Assembly (NCBI RefSeq): GCF_004010195.1
Contig: NW_025215356.1
Span: forward strand, 62,001 to 119,742
Length of the DNA stretch: 57,742 nucleotides
Reading direction: 5' to 3'
Source: Chiloscyllium plagiosum
Lineage: Eukaryota
Within the stretch, counting starts at the first letter, position 1, and each line of letters starts with the position of its first letter. The position numbers and the translations under genes were made by a program. Under the pieces are notes generated by a model that saw only the letters and a list, made by a program, of their open reading frames with translations, had not been told where the DNA came from and searched no databases. This document shows positions 12,921-25,102 of this stretch, piece after piece.

Positions 12921-14118
12921 GAGGGCAGAGCGTTGGAAGTGATCTATATGGACTTCAGTAAGGCGTTCGACAAGATTCCTCATGGGACACTTGTTAGCAA
13001 GCTTAGATCTCATGAAATGCAGGGAAAACTCACCATTTGGATACAAAACTGGCTCAAAGTAGGTGGTGGGGGAGGGTTGTTTTTCAGACGAGGCCTGTGA
13101 CCAGTGGAGCGCCACAAGGATCGGTGAAGGGTCCACTACTTTTCGTCATTTATATAAATGATTTGGATGTGAGCATAAGAGATATAGTTAATAAGTTTGT
13201 AGATGACACCAAAATTGAGGTGTAGTGGACAGCGAATAAGGTTACCTCAGATTACAATGGGATCTTGACCAGATGGGCCAATGAGCTGAGGAGTGGCAGA
13301 TGGAGCTTAATGTAGATAAATGTGAGGTACTGAATTTTGGGAAAGCAAATCTTAGCAGGACTTATACACTTAATGGTAAGGTCTTAGGGAGTATTGCTGA
13401 ACAAAAAGACTCTGAAGTGCAGGTTCATAGCTCCTTGAAAGTAGGGTGGCAGGTGGATAAGATAATGAAGGCAGCGTTTCGTATGCTTTCCTTTATTGGT
13501 CAGAGTTTTGAGTATGGGCATTGAGAGGTCATGTTGTGGCTGTACAGGACACTGGTTAGGCCACTATTGAAATATTGCATGCAATTCTGGTCTCCTTCCT
13601 ATCGGAAAGATATTGTGAAACTTGAAAGGGTTCAGAAAAGATTTACAAGGATGTTGCCAGGGTTGGAGGATCTGAGCTACAGGGAGAGGCTGAACAGGCT
13701 GGGGCTGTTTTCCCTGGAGCGTCGGAGGCTAAGGAGTGACCTTATAGAGGTTTACAAAATCATGAGGGGCATGGATAGGGTAAAGAGACAAAGTCTTTTC
13801 CCTGGGGTGGGGGAGTCCAGAACTAGAGAGCATAGGTTTAGGGTGAGAGGGGAAAGATTAAAAAAGAGAGACCTAAAGGGCAACTTTTTCACACAGAGGG
13901 TGGTACATTATGGAATGAGCTTCCAGATGAAATGGTGGAGGCTTGTACAATTACAGTATTTAAAAGGCATCTGGATGAGTATAGGGATAGGAAGGGTTTA
14001 CAGCGATATGGGCCGGGTGCTGGCAAATGGGACTAGGTTAGGTTGGGATATCTGGTCAGCATGGATGAATTGGACCGAAGGGTCTCTTTCTGTGCTGTAC
14101 ATCTCTATGACTCTATGG
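12921..14118 (+). mobile_element. CR1-clade LINE, 5'-truncated (RT and 3' end)
   Basis: [61 protein letters not shown]; frameshifts and stops throughout. Confidence 0.92.
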
Positions 14119-14256
14119 CATTTGATTATCCGGCAAGACTGCAAAGTCCCGATTCTTGGCTAGACGATGTCGTCTGGCATTCGATTATCCGGAATTCGAT
14201 TAACCAAACAAAATACTGCCTGCCCGTGTGCTTGGGATAATCAAGGTCCCTCTGTA
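14119..14256. mobile_element. Tc1/pogo (Tigger-like) MITE, right part; probable left end at 12907-12918
   Basis: Right end reads TA-CAGAGGGACCTTGATTATCC on minus, with internal GATTATCCGG subrepeats. TA-CAGAGGAATC lies at 12907 on the other side of the CR1. Confidence 0.55.
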
Positions 14257-14269
14257 CTTAACAGAAGCA

Positions 14270-14780
14270 TTATAAATTAAAATTTGACACGTACCCCCAT
14301 ATGACAACCAAAGTCTTTGTCAAAACAGTTTTAAGGAACGTCATAAAGGAAGAGAGTGAGAGTGAGACAGAGAAAGTTAGGGAGTTAACTACAGAGCTTA
14401 GAACCTGGGTATCTCAAGTAACAGCCGCCCATGGTGGAACCATTTAAATTGGGGACGGTCAAGAGGTCAGAATTGGAGGAGCACAGATAATTTGGGAGTG
14501 TTCTGCAGCTGAGAAGATTACAGAGATAGGGAGGGGCGAGGTCACAGGAGGATTTGTAAACAAGGACAATAGCTTTAAAACAGAGTTGTCCCTGAACCAG
14601 GATCCAACGTAGATCGGCATACACAGGGACAATAGGAGATTGGGACTAGGTGTTAGTAAGAATACAAGCAAGGGAGTTTTGATAACAATAAGATTTGAGA
14701 AAGACCAGAGTGCATTGGAATAGTCAAGTCTAGGAGTAACAAAGGTTGATCTTAATGACAGTATTGATATAAGGCCAGAA
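14270..14780 (-). mobile_element. L2 LINE 3' fragment
   Basis: FKAIVLVYKSSCDLAPPYLCNLL..LCSSNSDLLTVP..STMGG, an L2 ORF2 C-terminal signature. Confidence 0.8.
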
Positions 14781-15299
14781 GCTCATTTTGGGGGGAAAAA
14801 AATAACACCAAGATTTAAAAAAATCTGATTCAACCTCATTTAAACTCTTTCTGATCAGTGACCTTTCTAATTTCTCCTAATTGAATCCAATAAAACCTTT
14901 GTGGTTTTGGACAATGGCATAGCCAATTACAATATATATTCATTCTGTTATAATCATTGGCTAGTTATATATGCTATTGACTAAAATAAGAATCTTGGAT
15001 GAGATAGGCAATGCCTAGCCACAAATGTATCTTCCCAAAACCACAACATTCACTCAGAATTGAATATAATAAGTCACTGAATTCTATGTCAGCTATCATG
15101 TTAAAGATGCAAGGTCTGAACTCCAAGCTATTGTGATGTTACTCCTAACTGGTGAATAAAAAAGGCTCATAATAATGAACTGATAATGGCAATAGCAAAG
15201 GCTACTGACAATATCCTTTCAGGGCCAGTTATTAGTTCTTCTGTACACGTGAGAACAGAAATCTTGTGACATACTGGGTTACATCCCTGCCAGGCCAGA

Positions 15300-15600
15300 G
15301 TTAAGTCTTACAGCACAGAAACAGATCCTTTGGTTCAACTCGTCCATGCTAACCAGGCTTCCCACACCAAACTGGCCCCATTTGCCTGTGTTTGGCCCAT
15401 ATCCCTGTAAATCTTTCATTTTCACGTACATGTCAGAATTTCTTTTAAAAGTTGTAATCGTACCTGCATCCACCACTTCCTCTGACTGTTCATTCCACGT
15501 ACGATCCAGCCTGTGTTTGAACAGGTTGCCCCTCAGGTACCTTTGAAATCTTTCTCCTCTCACCTTATAATTATGCCCTCTAGTTTTGAACTTGGGAGTT
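15300..15600 (-). mobile_element. CR1-clade LINE 3' end
   Basis: TRGHNYKVRGERFQRYLRGNLF..WNEQSEEVVDAGTITTFK. Confidence 0.88.
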
Positions 15601-16224
15601 CTCACACAAGAATTCGATGGTCAAGGAATGTGCATTCACAACACAGTCAAACAGACTGTGTGTTAGAAGCATGTGCCTGTCAATACCTAATGTCAGACCT
15701 TAAGAGCAGGTCATGTGATGGAAAGAACATTAGAAGTGCTACCATCACGATTCATACCTCTAAACTACAACAATGTTAAAGTGAATGCCACTAAAGTACC
15801 TCAGACTCTGTAAATTAACTGTAATAAACCTCACTGATTTGGAATTGAGTGTGCTGAACAAGTGCAAGATTTGCCCGTACACAGATGTTTATAGCAATAT
15901 TAAAATAGGGGAAAATCTACTGCAAGGAGAATGAGTGCAAATGACAAACCGCAACTTGGGCATCATGAGTAAACCATTCCTCACTCAACTGCAAAGGCTC
16001 CACAAAGATGCAGTGACAAAACATCACTACCAGTTTGTACAGAGTTGCAATTCAAAGACAAGCTAATAAGACTGCTAAATTGCTGCTGACAGCAATCTGC
16101 CTTTGGGGACACACAGCAATCTACATACCACAGAAAAGTTTGTCCCGTCTACAGGTATGTCAGACACAATTCATTGAGGAAGATTTAAAGATATGCGCAT
16201 TGAAGACATTGACCCAATAACATT

Positions 16225-16890
16225 TAGGAACATAGGAACATGAGTAGACTCAGCAGCACCTCAAGCCTGTTCCATCATTGAACGAGCATGGTTAACTCCA
16301 CATACCTGCCTTAGGCCCATACCCATTTGCTTAACAAAATTTTATCCACCTCAGAATTAAAATTAACAACTGATGCAACGTCCACAGCCACTTGTGGAGA
16401 GGTGCGTGCGCCTGTGTCTGCAGAAATGCTTCCAAAGTAACATCTCTTCCGGATGGGTCTGGTCCTAATTCTCAGACTATGTCCAACCAGTGGAAATAAT
16501 TTATCCTTATCTACCCTATCTTTTCTTGTTAATATGTTGAAGACTTTGATCTAATCACTCCTTAACCTTCTAAATTCCAGATAAAACATGCCTCATAGCC
16601 ACTGAAGTTGAGATATTATTGTAAACCTACTTTGCACTGTTTCCAAGTCTAGTATATCCTTAAGGTGTGATGCCCAGATTTGCTCACAGTACTCCAAGAG
16701 GACGCTAATCAGGGTTTTGTATAGCTGCAGCATAACCTCTGTGCCCTTACACACCAATCCTCTACACCAGCATTCCATTAGACTTCTTGATTATTTTCTG
16801 CACATTTTAAATATCAATCCCCTGATGCCCTAAGTCTCTCTGGACATGCACTGTAATTAACTGCATACCATCTTGCAAGTACCCTGTTTT
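16225..16890 (-). mobile_element. Old CR1-type LINE 3' part
   Basis: [40 protein letters not shown]. Confidence 0.78.
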
Positions 16891-17789
16891 AAAGGAAACA
16901 CAGACTCCTGGTGTAGCACTGAGGGACTATTGCACTGTAATAGATGCCAGATTTTGAGTATCCAATCTGACTAAGTGGATATTAAAAAAAATTCCTATGT
17001 AATTTTTCATCAAGAATACAGGAGATTGCAATACTGCCCTGGACAATATCTGTGCCAAAATTACTATTCAAAATCATTTATCTCACAGCTGTTGGTGGAG
17101 CCTTGTACTGTTATGCTTCCTGCATTACAACAGTGACTCCACTCCTGAAGTACATCTTTGGGCATGGAGTGCTCTGTGACATTCCGAAGGAGCCACTTTA
17201 ATAAACGTTTGTTCCTTCTTTAAAATAGCTCAAAAATCCTCTTTCCAACTGGACCCTACATTCATGAGGAAAGGAGCTAAATAATGATGATTTATAAAGA
17301 CAACACTTCAGATACAGATTAAATATTAACCAACATTTCAGCAGTGACACTGTTCACCTCCTGAATCAATGACAGCAACAGCAGCTATTCTTCCTCTTTT
17401 TTGTAAGAACGGGAAGCGAAGGACATCTGCGTCACTGCTAATGTTGCAGAATAGAAAGCCATTTTACCCTTTTACTGTCCCGGATTAGCAATCATAGCAC
17501 TGTGACACATTTACCAAGCCTGTCAGATCAATTCCTTTCAGAAACTGACAGTTTCACTAACTACTTCTGATGCAGGGAAGAGACGTGATGTGAGAATTAG
17601 AGCCAGGCCATTCAGGAGTGATGCTTGGAAGCAGCTCTTCACAGAAAGGCAGAAATCTAGAAATCTAGAATTCTTTGCCCACAAAGCTGTGGAGGAACTG
17701 AAAATTCCAAGACCGAGGTTGATGGATTTGTTAGCAAAGAATATTAAGGGCTACACAATCAAAATGGGTAAATGAAAGAGAGTGGGAAT

Positions 17790-18650
17790 GTCAAAAAGCA
17801 TTAAACCAGGCCCATCAGCCCACCACATCTATACTGATCAAACACCAAACTACACTAATCCCATTCACCTGCACTTCATCCATAGCCTACTATACCCAAG
17901 CATTTTAATTACTTATCCAGAAGCTCCTTAAATACTGCGAGAGCACCTGCCTCCACCACTCCCTCAGGTAGTACTTTCCATATATCTACCATCCTCTGGG
18001 TGAAAAGAAATTCCTCAGATCCCCTCTAAAGCACTTACTCCTCAACTTAAGCTTTCGCTCCTCTGGTCTTAGACACAATGCTGTGAGGAAAGGATCCTCG
18101 AGATCCACTGGCTGTGCCTCTCATCATTTTGTATACCTCACCCAGCCTCCTCTGCTCCAAGGAAAACAAGGTAGACAGGCAGGAGACTGGATGAACATAG
18201 CAAGCCAAGCAGCATCAGGTGAGAAGTCATCATTTTGGGTATAACACCTCTTCAGCAAATCTTTTGTCTCTAAGGAAAACAAACCCAGCCTATCCAATCT
18301 CGCCCTATATCAGACTTTCAATAGGCAACATCCTGGTGAATCTTCTCTGCACCGTCTCCATGCAATCACATTCTTCTGGTAGTATGGCAATCAGGACTAC
18401 ATACAGTACTCCATCTGTGGTCTAACCAATGTTTTATAAAGTTGTAACAAGACGTTCTTGCTCCTATGTTCAACGCCCCGGCTAATGAAGGCAAGTACTC
18501 AGTCTGCCTTCTTCACCACCCTGTCTACCTATGCTGACACCTTCAGGGAACTATCGACTTGTATACTAAGGTCCCTTGGTTTCTCAGTACTATGAGAGAC
18601 CTACCATTCACTGTGTATACCCTTTTCTTATTGGACTTTCCAAAATGCAG
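17790..18650 (-). mobile_element. Old CR1-type LINE 3' part, interrupted at 18170-18267
   Basis: Degenerate ..ttttataaagttgtaacaagac.. and ..gccttcttcaccaccctgtctacc.. similar to the other CR1 copies. Confidence 0.72.
18170..18267 (-). mobile_element. Penelope-like terminal fragment inserted in a CR1
   Basis: Resembles the 7207 family. TSD CTC(C/T)AAGGAAAACAA at 18155-18169 / 18268-18282. Confidence 0.65.
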
Positions 18651-19959
18651 CTAACTCCCAAATGGAGCTATAATTATGAATTAATGGAGATACAGATGGG
18701 CTGGGATCTAACTGAAAGGCAGAATGCGCTGGAAGGACTGACTGGCCTACTTGCATTCCTGTATTCCACAGGAGACTGTGATTCCCACACAATTACAAAC
18801 AAAGCCCACTTAGTCAGATTTCCCTCTTCTATAAAGAAGGTTCCTGCAACTACATGTACCAGTCACCTTGGTACCTGAGCCATCTCAATGTTAAGAGCCT
18901 GAGTTGCCATGAGACAGAGGGCTGGGGAAATTGAACTCCAAAACAACGGTTAGATTTGCAGAAATTTGATTCATATAAGTAAATTCTTGTCCACATGTGT
19001 AGATTTTTCAAGCTGAGGGGTACATTTAGGAGTCCATCACATTAATGATTAACTAGAATGATTCAAAGGAGGAAGCCACTCAGCCAATCGTACCCCTGAC
19101 AGCACTTTGGTAAAACTATCCATTTAATCTTAGCAGGTCCAGCAGTGCAAGGGCGAGTGAGAGAAAGTAAAGAGGTGCACAGATAGATGGAAACAGACAG
19201 AGACATGAAAGGAGTAGACAGACAAGGGGAATGTTGACAGTAAGCCAGAAGAGAAGCTAAATAAGTGATAACGAGTGCTAAGGGTTGGAAGCTTTCTCTC
19301 AGCTCTCATTATTGTTCATTCACCTTCTCTTCTGTCCTGGCTTACTATCAACAATCCCCTTGTTCACCTAGCCATTTCCTATCTCTGAGTTCCAGTTCCA
19401 CCTATCAGCTCACCTACTTCTGGATTCCTTCTCAAAACACACAACCCACTCTCACACACCCCCAACCATCTTCAGCATAAATGTCATCTTTGTCAGCTAT
19501 CAGTGAAGAGTCACCAGGTTCAGAACATTAACTCTGCTTTCTCTCCACACGCCAGACCTAATGAGTTTCTTCAGCAATTTCTATTTTGCTTCAATTCACC
19601 AACATCTGACGTTCTTTATTTCATCCATTTAATTTTTCTGCCTGTTCTTTCCCCATTGCTCTGTATACTATTGTCTTCAAGCATTTATCCAATTTTCCTT
19701 TAAAAAGTTACTATTGACTCTACCTCCCCAGACCTTCAGACTATTTCTTTTGACAATCACCTCAAATCTGTGCCTTCTATTTACCGTCAGCATACCTGCC
19801 AGTGAACACTTTCTCCTAATTGCCCCAATTTTGAACACATCTATCAAATCTCCACCAAACCTTCTGCAATATAAACAATTCTACAATCTCTTAACATAAC
19901 AGTGACCCCCACAGCAACTTGCCAGTAAATCCCACTTGTACATTCTGAGATGCCTGGGC

Positions 19960-20520
19960 ATCCTCTCTCATATATGATGCCAAGAAATCGGTTTGTAAAG
20001 GTTTGTCACAACTGCCTTGTCAACATGTCCAAAAGCACATCCAAGGATTCTCTGTCCCTGCACCAATTTGAAGATTTTACCATTTTGTTTACAACACTTC
20101 TCATTCTTTCCACTAAAACCAATCTGTCTACACTTTCTTTTGGAATAAATTACATCTGCCATATCGGCCTGTTTATTCTCTCAAGTCTATTACTATCCTC
20201 CTTAAGTTACATTTCAACTGCAGCTTTGAAATTTTCCCCAGCATAGCCAAATACAGGTGTCAAGACTTGTTTTAAAAAAAAACTATATTCTAAAACTAAT
20301 CTTTGGGAATAGCGCTGTACATCTGACCAGTCTGATAAACAATCATCCCTACTTTCTGCTTCATGCTGCCACTGTCCTTTTAATCTTACTAAGAAGTTTG
20401 TTGCTTGGTATCTTGTCAATCTTTTTTGGAAAATCCATGTACCACAACATCGTCGCCCTCACATTAAAAGAATTTAAATTAACACTTGTTTCTTGCTATG
20501 ACCAAGCATCTTCCTCCTTC
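19960..20520 (-). mobile_element. Highly decayed CR1-type RT fragment
   Basis: Remnants of the YMDFxKxFDK, KFADD and LYKxL motifs on the minus strand. Confidence 0.55.
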
Positions 20521-21029
20521 CAAGTGACTACCCCACATTTGCAGCAACCCTCTGACTTCAAAAGAATTCAAACAAGTTACTGAAACGCCACGTTAGACCA
20601 GAACCAGATGTGCTACAGTACTCACTGGCACAGGAGAAACATTGAGGGTGTAGTGGGCACAGCAGAGGCTGATAACAATGCTTTGATGAAATGTTGCTAA
20701 ATTTTCTTTGACAGTTTGAATTTGGTACAGTGCCCAGCAGGCCCAACAGTCTAAACTGTTAATGCTCTGTTTAAAAGATGTGAGGCAATCATTCCCTTTT
20801 GTAGAGTTAGTTGTTGAATGAATATGGATTCACTAGGAGTCGTCGAAAGGGAAGTGAATAAGTCCCCAGAATGTCCAGGGATGTTACATCCAGTCAGTGT
20901 GCTTTACTGACATTTCTCAGGTCTCCTTCACGACTCAGATAGGAACTCCCCCCAACTTCCTTCTGGAAATTTTTTGGTCGGGAAAGGAAATTTTTTTTTG
21001 TGGTGTCAGGTCAGACAGCGCATAATCTT

Positions 21030-21250
21030 AATTAAAGCAAAACATTCTGGGGGCTGAAAATGTAACAGAAAGAGAAAGTGCTGGAAGTACTCAGCAAATC
21101 TGGCAGCAACTGCAGAGAGACACAGTCAATGATTCAGGTCAAATGATTCTCTTCTTGGAAACTGGGTTCTGAAGAAGACTCAAAACATAACTGCTGCTGT
21201 CTCCAGATATGCTGCCAAACTTGTTGGGATTCTACAGCACTTGCTGTGCA
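21030..21250. mobile_element. Old Penelope-like inverted-repeat element; similar remnants at about 19130-19620, 43980-44150 and 57660-57742
   Basis: gtgctggaagtactcagcaaatctggcagca ... tgctgccaaacttgttgggattctacagcac inverted arms around CTGAAGAAG. Confidence 0.55.
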
Positions 21251-21311
21251 TATTCTTCTTTGACGTCACAGGCGAAGGGGGGGGGTGGGGAAGAGAAGGG
21301 GGAGCAAGTCG

Positions 21312-22046
21312 NNNNNNNNNNNNNNNNNNNNNNNNNNNNNNNNNNNNNNNNNNNNNNNNNNNNNNNNNNNNNNNNNNNNNNNNNNNNNNNNNNNNNNNNN
21401 NNNNNNNNNNNNNNNNNNNNNNNNNNNNNNNNNNNNNNNNNNNNNNNNNNNNNNNNNNNNNNNNNNNNNNNNNNNNNNNNNNNNNNNNNNNNNNNNNNNN
21501 NNNNNNNNNNNNNNNNNNNNNNNNNNNNNNNNNNNNNNNNNNNNNNNNNNNNNNNNNNNNNNNNNNNNNNNNNNNNNNNNNNNNNNNNNNNNNNNNNNNN
21601 NNNNNNNNNNNNNNNNNNNNNNNNNNNNNNNNNNNNNNNNNNNNNNNNNNNNNNNNNNNNNNNNNNNNNNNNNNNNNNNNNNNNNNNNNNNNNNNNNNNN
21701 NNNNNNNNNNNNNNNNNNNNNNNNNNNNNNNNNNNNNNNNNNNNNNNNNNNNNNNNNNNNNNNNNNNNNNNNNNNNNNNNNNNNNNNNNNNNNNNNNNNN
21801 NNNNNNNNNNNNNNNNNNNNNNNNNNNNNNNNNNNNNNNNNNNNNNNNNNNNNNNNNNNNNNNNNNNNNNNNNNNNNNNNNNNNNNNNNNNNNNNNNNNN
21901 NNNNNNNNNNNNNNNNNNNNNNNNNNNNNNNNNNNNNNNNNNNNNNNNNNNNNNNNNNNNNNNNNNNNNNNNNNNNNNNNNNNNNNNNNNNNNNNNNNNN
22001 NNNNNNNNNNNNNNNNNNNNNNNNNNNNNNNNNNNNNNNNNNNNNN
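21312..22046. other. Assembly gap (735 N)
   Basis: Run of N flanked by G-rich sequence. Confidence 1.
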
Positions 22047-22450
22047 GTGGGGGGAAGGGATTGCGGGGGTGGAGGGAGGTGCGGAGAAGGGGGGTGGGGG
22101 AGGGGAGAATACTGAGGAACCTGAAGAGGGCTGTCTCTGCCCTGACCCACTAATGCCGTCTGCCGTCGGCCGTCTCCAGTGTCCCGGACACACAAACCCT
22201 TCCTCCCTTTCCCTCTCCGGTGCTCTTACCGCCGCGGGTGCCGCCGCTGCACCTCCTCCATCTCTCGCCGCTGCACCGTTCACTTCCGCCTCGGACCGGA
22301 AATCGCCTGTCAGAAACCCCCACCGTGTGACGCGTCAGCGGGGCGGAAGCTACGTTACGGCTAAGGCTACGGGTGGACCCGAAGTGATGGTGACCAGCGT
22401 GCGGGGCGGAAATGATTCTCGTCTATTGCGGGGCGGAACTGTCGTTTCTT
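22047..22450 (-). promoter_or_regulatory. CpG-island promoter with a candidate minus-strand first exon (donor at 22229) of an unidentified gene
   Basis: CpG-dense. Three exact GCGGGGCGGAA copies (22338, 22401, 22428), ETS GGCGGAAGTG on minus (22290-22281), palindrome TGACGCGTCA (22328-22337), and a CG|GTAAGA donor on minus at 22230/22229. Confidence 0.75.
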
Positions 22451-23488
22451 TGCAATAGCAATGACACCGAAGCGCCTGGGAGGTTGTTTTCCTACAAAAA
22501 TAGATGTTCGCAACCACATTCTCCCCTCTATTTCCTCTTTCTTTCTGTTGTTTCCCCCGACTTTTTCAACTTCAGTTCTCTTTCAATGAAACGTTGTTTT
22601 CATTGCCATTCGAATGCAATAGACACCAGTATCATGTGGTCGGGCCGAATAGCCTTTCCTTTATCTTGTCTACAAATGTGCATTGTTCCAGCCTCAGTCC
22701 ATGTGTCAGTGAATTCACCGGATCCCTCTTCCAGCACTGCATCAAAGAGGCAACGAATCATACAGTGGGACCAGTACCATTTGACCATATTACATTCAGA
22801 GCGTTAACTCTATTTCTCACTCTATAGAGTTTCTCCAGCACTTTGTTTTTATTTCAGATTACCAGCGTTTACAGTATTTTATGTTCATTTGTCCCATATC
22901 CTGAATGGCCTGCCTCTAATTCTCTAATCATGGTCCCTTCCCTGCATCAGAAAAAGTAGGGGAGTTTCTGAAGGGAATTGATCTGACAGGCTTGATAAAT
23001 TCCCCAGGGAGTGCCATCCTCTCCACCCCCCACTCCTGTAGCTCTGAATATTTTTTATTCTCAGATAATGATCCCTCTTAAAAACCTCAACTGAATTGAC
23101 CCCTATCACCAAGAAATGTCAAACAGGGCATTCCATTCACTGTATAGAATCTTTTTCCTTTTGTCACTGCTACCTCTTTGGTCAATCACCTATGCAAGTG
23201 CAAAGTTTGTCCCTGTCTACTCTGTCAAGGGGATCAAGGGTTATGGGGAGAAAGTGGGAGAATGGGGTTGAGAAACTTATCAGCCATGAATGAATGGCTG
23301 GGCTGAATGGCCTAATTTCTACTCCTATGTCTTATGCTCAACCCCTCATGACTTTGAACACCTTTGACAAATTCCTCTTGGAGAATTGTCCTGACTTCTC
23401 CAAATGCTGGAATTTTAGACAGTCCTTACTCTGCAGAAGTGAGAATTTTTAAAAGTCTACGAAAATGGTCACTCAGATCATCATCTGA

Positions 23489-23800
23489 GGCACGGTGGCT
23501 CAGTGGTTAGCACTGCTGCCTCACAGTACCAGGGACCTGGATTAAGTTCCAGCCTTAGGCAACTGTCTGTGTGGATTTTGCATATTTTCCTCATCTCTGT
23601 ATGGATTTCCTCCCACCATCTAAAGATGTGCAGGTTAGGTGAATTGGCTGTGCTAAATTGCCAATCGTGTTCAGGGATGTGTAGGTTAAGTGTAGTGGTC
23701 AGCGGTAAATATAGAATAATAGGTTAGGGGAATGGATCTGGGTGGATTACTCTTCGAAGGGTCAGTGTGGACTTGTTAGGCCGAAGGGTCTGTAAGGATT
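23489..23800 (+). mobile_element. tRNA-derived SINE (HE1-like, older)
   Basis: ggcacggtggctcagtggttagcactgctgcctcacag.. head and the same body as the other copies. Confidence 0.82.
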
Positions 23801-24422
23801 TGATGATTTGTACTGAATTTTTGAATTATATCACTTCCTGCTCTTTCCTTCATCGTCCTACATTATTCGCCTTCTTAATTATTTATCTAATTATTTTCCA
23901 AAACAAAATCCTGAATTTGCTTCCTTCAATCTTTTGGATACAGAGACCTTACTTCCATTGCTCTGTGGTACTTTGCCCTTTGATGTGTGTCATCTCAGTA
24001 CAACCTCTCTGTCCTAGATTCTCCTCCTCCTGTTACCAAACACAAGTATAATATCCATTAATCCAATTTAAATCACAAAGGTTCGCAAGTTGATCTTTTA
24101 GCAATCAATTGGATAATGTTGAAGTGCTTAAAAGATTTGTTAACATAATAACTTCCACAAAAATATCAAAATGACTTACAAAGCATTATGCAATCATAAA
24201 TTGATTCATGTGAATAGGTCAGAGAAAACATTTTTGACCATTCATGAATTTAAGATAGAGGATGTGTTCCCATATATGTATAAAACATCTACCTACTCAA
24301 TCCAGAGAAATTAGCTAAAACAGGAAAGGGATTATATTCACAATGGACATTGAACCAAGTAATCTTTTATTCTAGGCTGCACCACATCAGAAGAAATAGT
24401 TTGCCTCTTCCTGATATATATT

Positions 24423-25102
24423 TGTTGTGGGGAAAAACACCAGTCTTGGAGTCAGAATCGGGGTTCAATGACAGGAAAAAACCGGAGCTCTGGGAAGAGA
24501 AAGACCCCAACAGCACGGTGGTCAGCTACGAGTCTTCTCTCGGCTTGGAGCATCTTGTGATACAATAGGTCAGCGATGAGATTATTATCTTTGTAACATG
24601 GTTTGTTTATGGCAATCATTGCAGAATCATTGATAATTTCAATGCAGTCTTTGTCAGTTCCAGAGCAGCCTTTGTTAATTTCCACGTGGTTGTTGTCAGT
24701 TTCAATGTCTGCATGGAAATCCATTGCTGTAGTAATGGACGCTAATTGCTCTTCCTAAGGATGATTACTGCAGCCCTGGATATTAGCATTTCGTATGGAG
24801 TCTGTATAAAGCTGTTAGCATTTCTATAAGAGATGTTGGCTGGACTCAGACACTTCGGCGAGCAGTGTTCATTACTCATGTGTATTCTCTCCCCCACCTG
24901 CCTTAAACTAATCAACTGGGTTGTGAGTGCATTGTGCTGGCAGTCTGGTAGCCTGAAGCAGCGTGCCTGTATCTGCTCTGCTGTTTGTCTACATATTGTG
25001 ATCGGGCAGCCGTCTTGGTATCAAGTTGGCCAACTGATGGCTCAGCGGCCATCTTGTGTCCGTGTGCCTAGTGTTACCCTTCCCGTACCATCTCCTTTTT
25101 CA
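24423..25102 (+). mobile_element. Solo LTR (ERV or Gypsy type), 680 bp
   Basis: TG...CA termini with TATT duplicated at 24419-24422 and 25103-25106. It splits a CR1 RT remnant (LFLIYI | NHLEFGVQ..TISKFANGTKLGSIV). TATAAA at 24805 and a degenerate poly(A) signal CTTAAA at 24902. Confidence 0.8.

Noticed and set aside
13531..14163. 210-aa ORF, the longest gap-free ORF in the track
   Set aside because: CR1 ORF2 C-terminal remnant that frameshifts into the 3' UTR; not a host gene.
1..21311. CPNE1 or RBM12 coding exons expected from human synteny
   Set aside because: No long RBM12-like ORF and no copine C2-domain exon was recognisable, so no gene symbol was assigned.
21180..22458. Long ORF-track entries of 276-405 aa
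   Set aside because: Artefacts of translating through the 735-N gap.
24498..24508. GAAAGACCCC, resembling the start of the MLV LTR
   Set aside because: Internal rather than terminal and only 10 bp; probably coincidence.
24452..24724. 90-aa minus-strand ORF
   Set aside because: Lies inside the solo LTR; no recognisable homology or splice signals.
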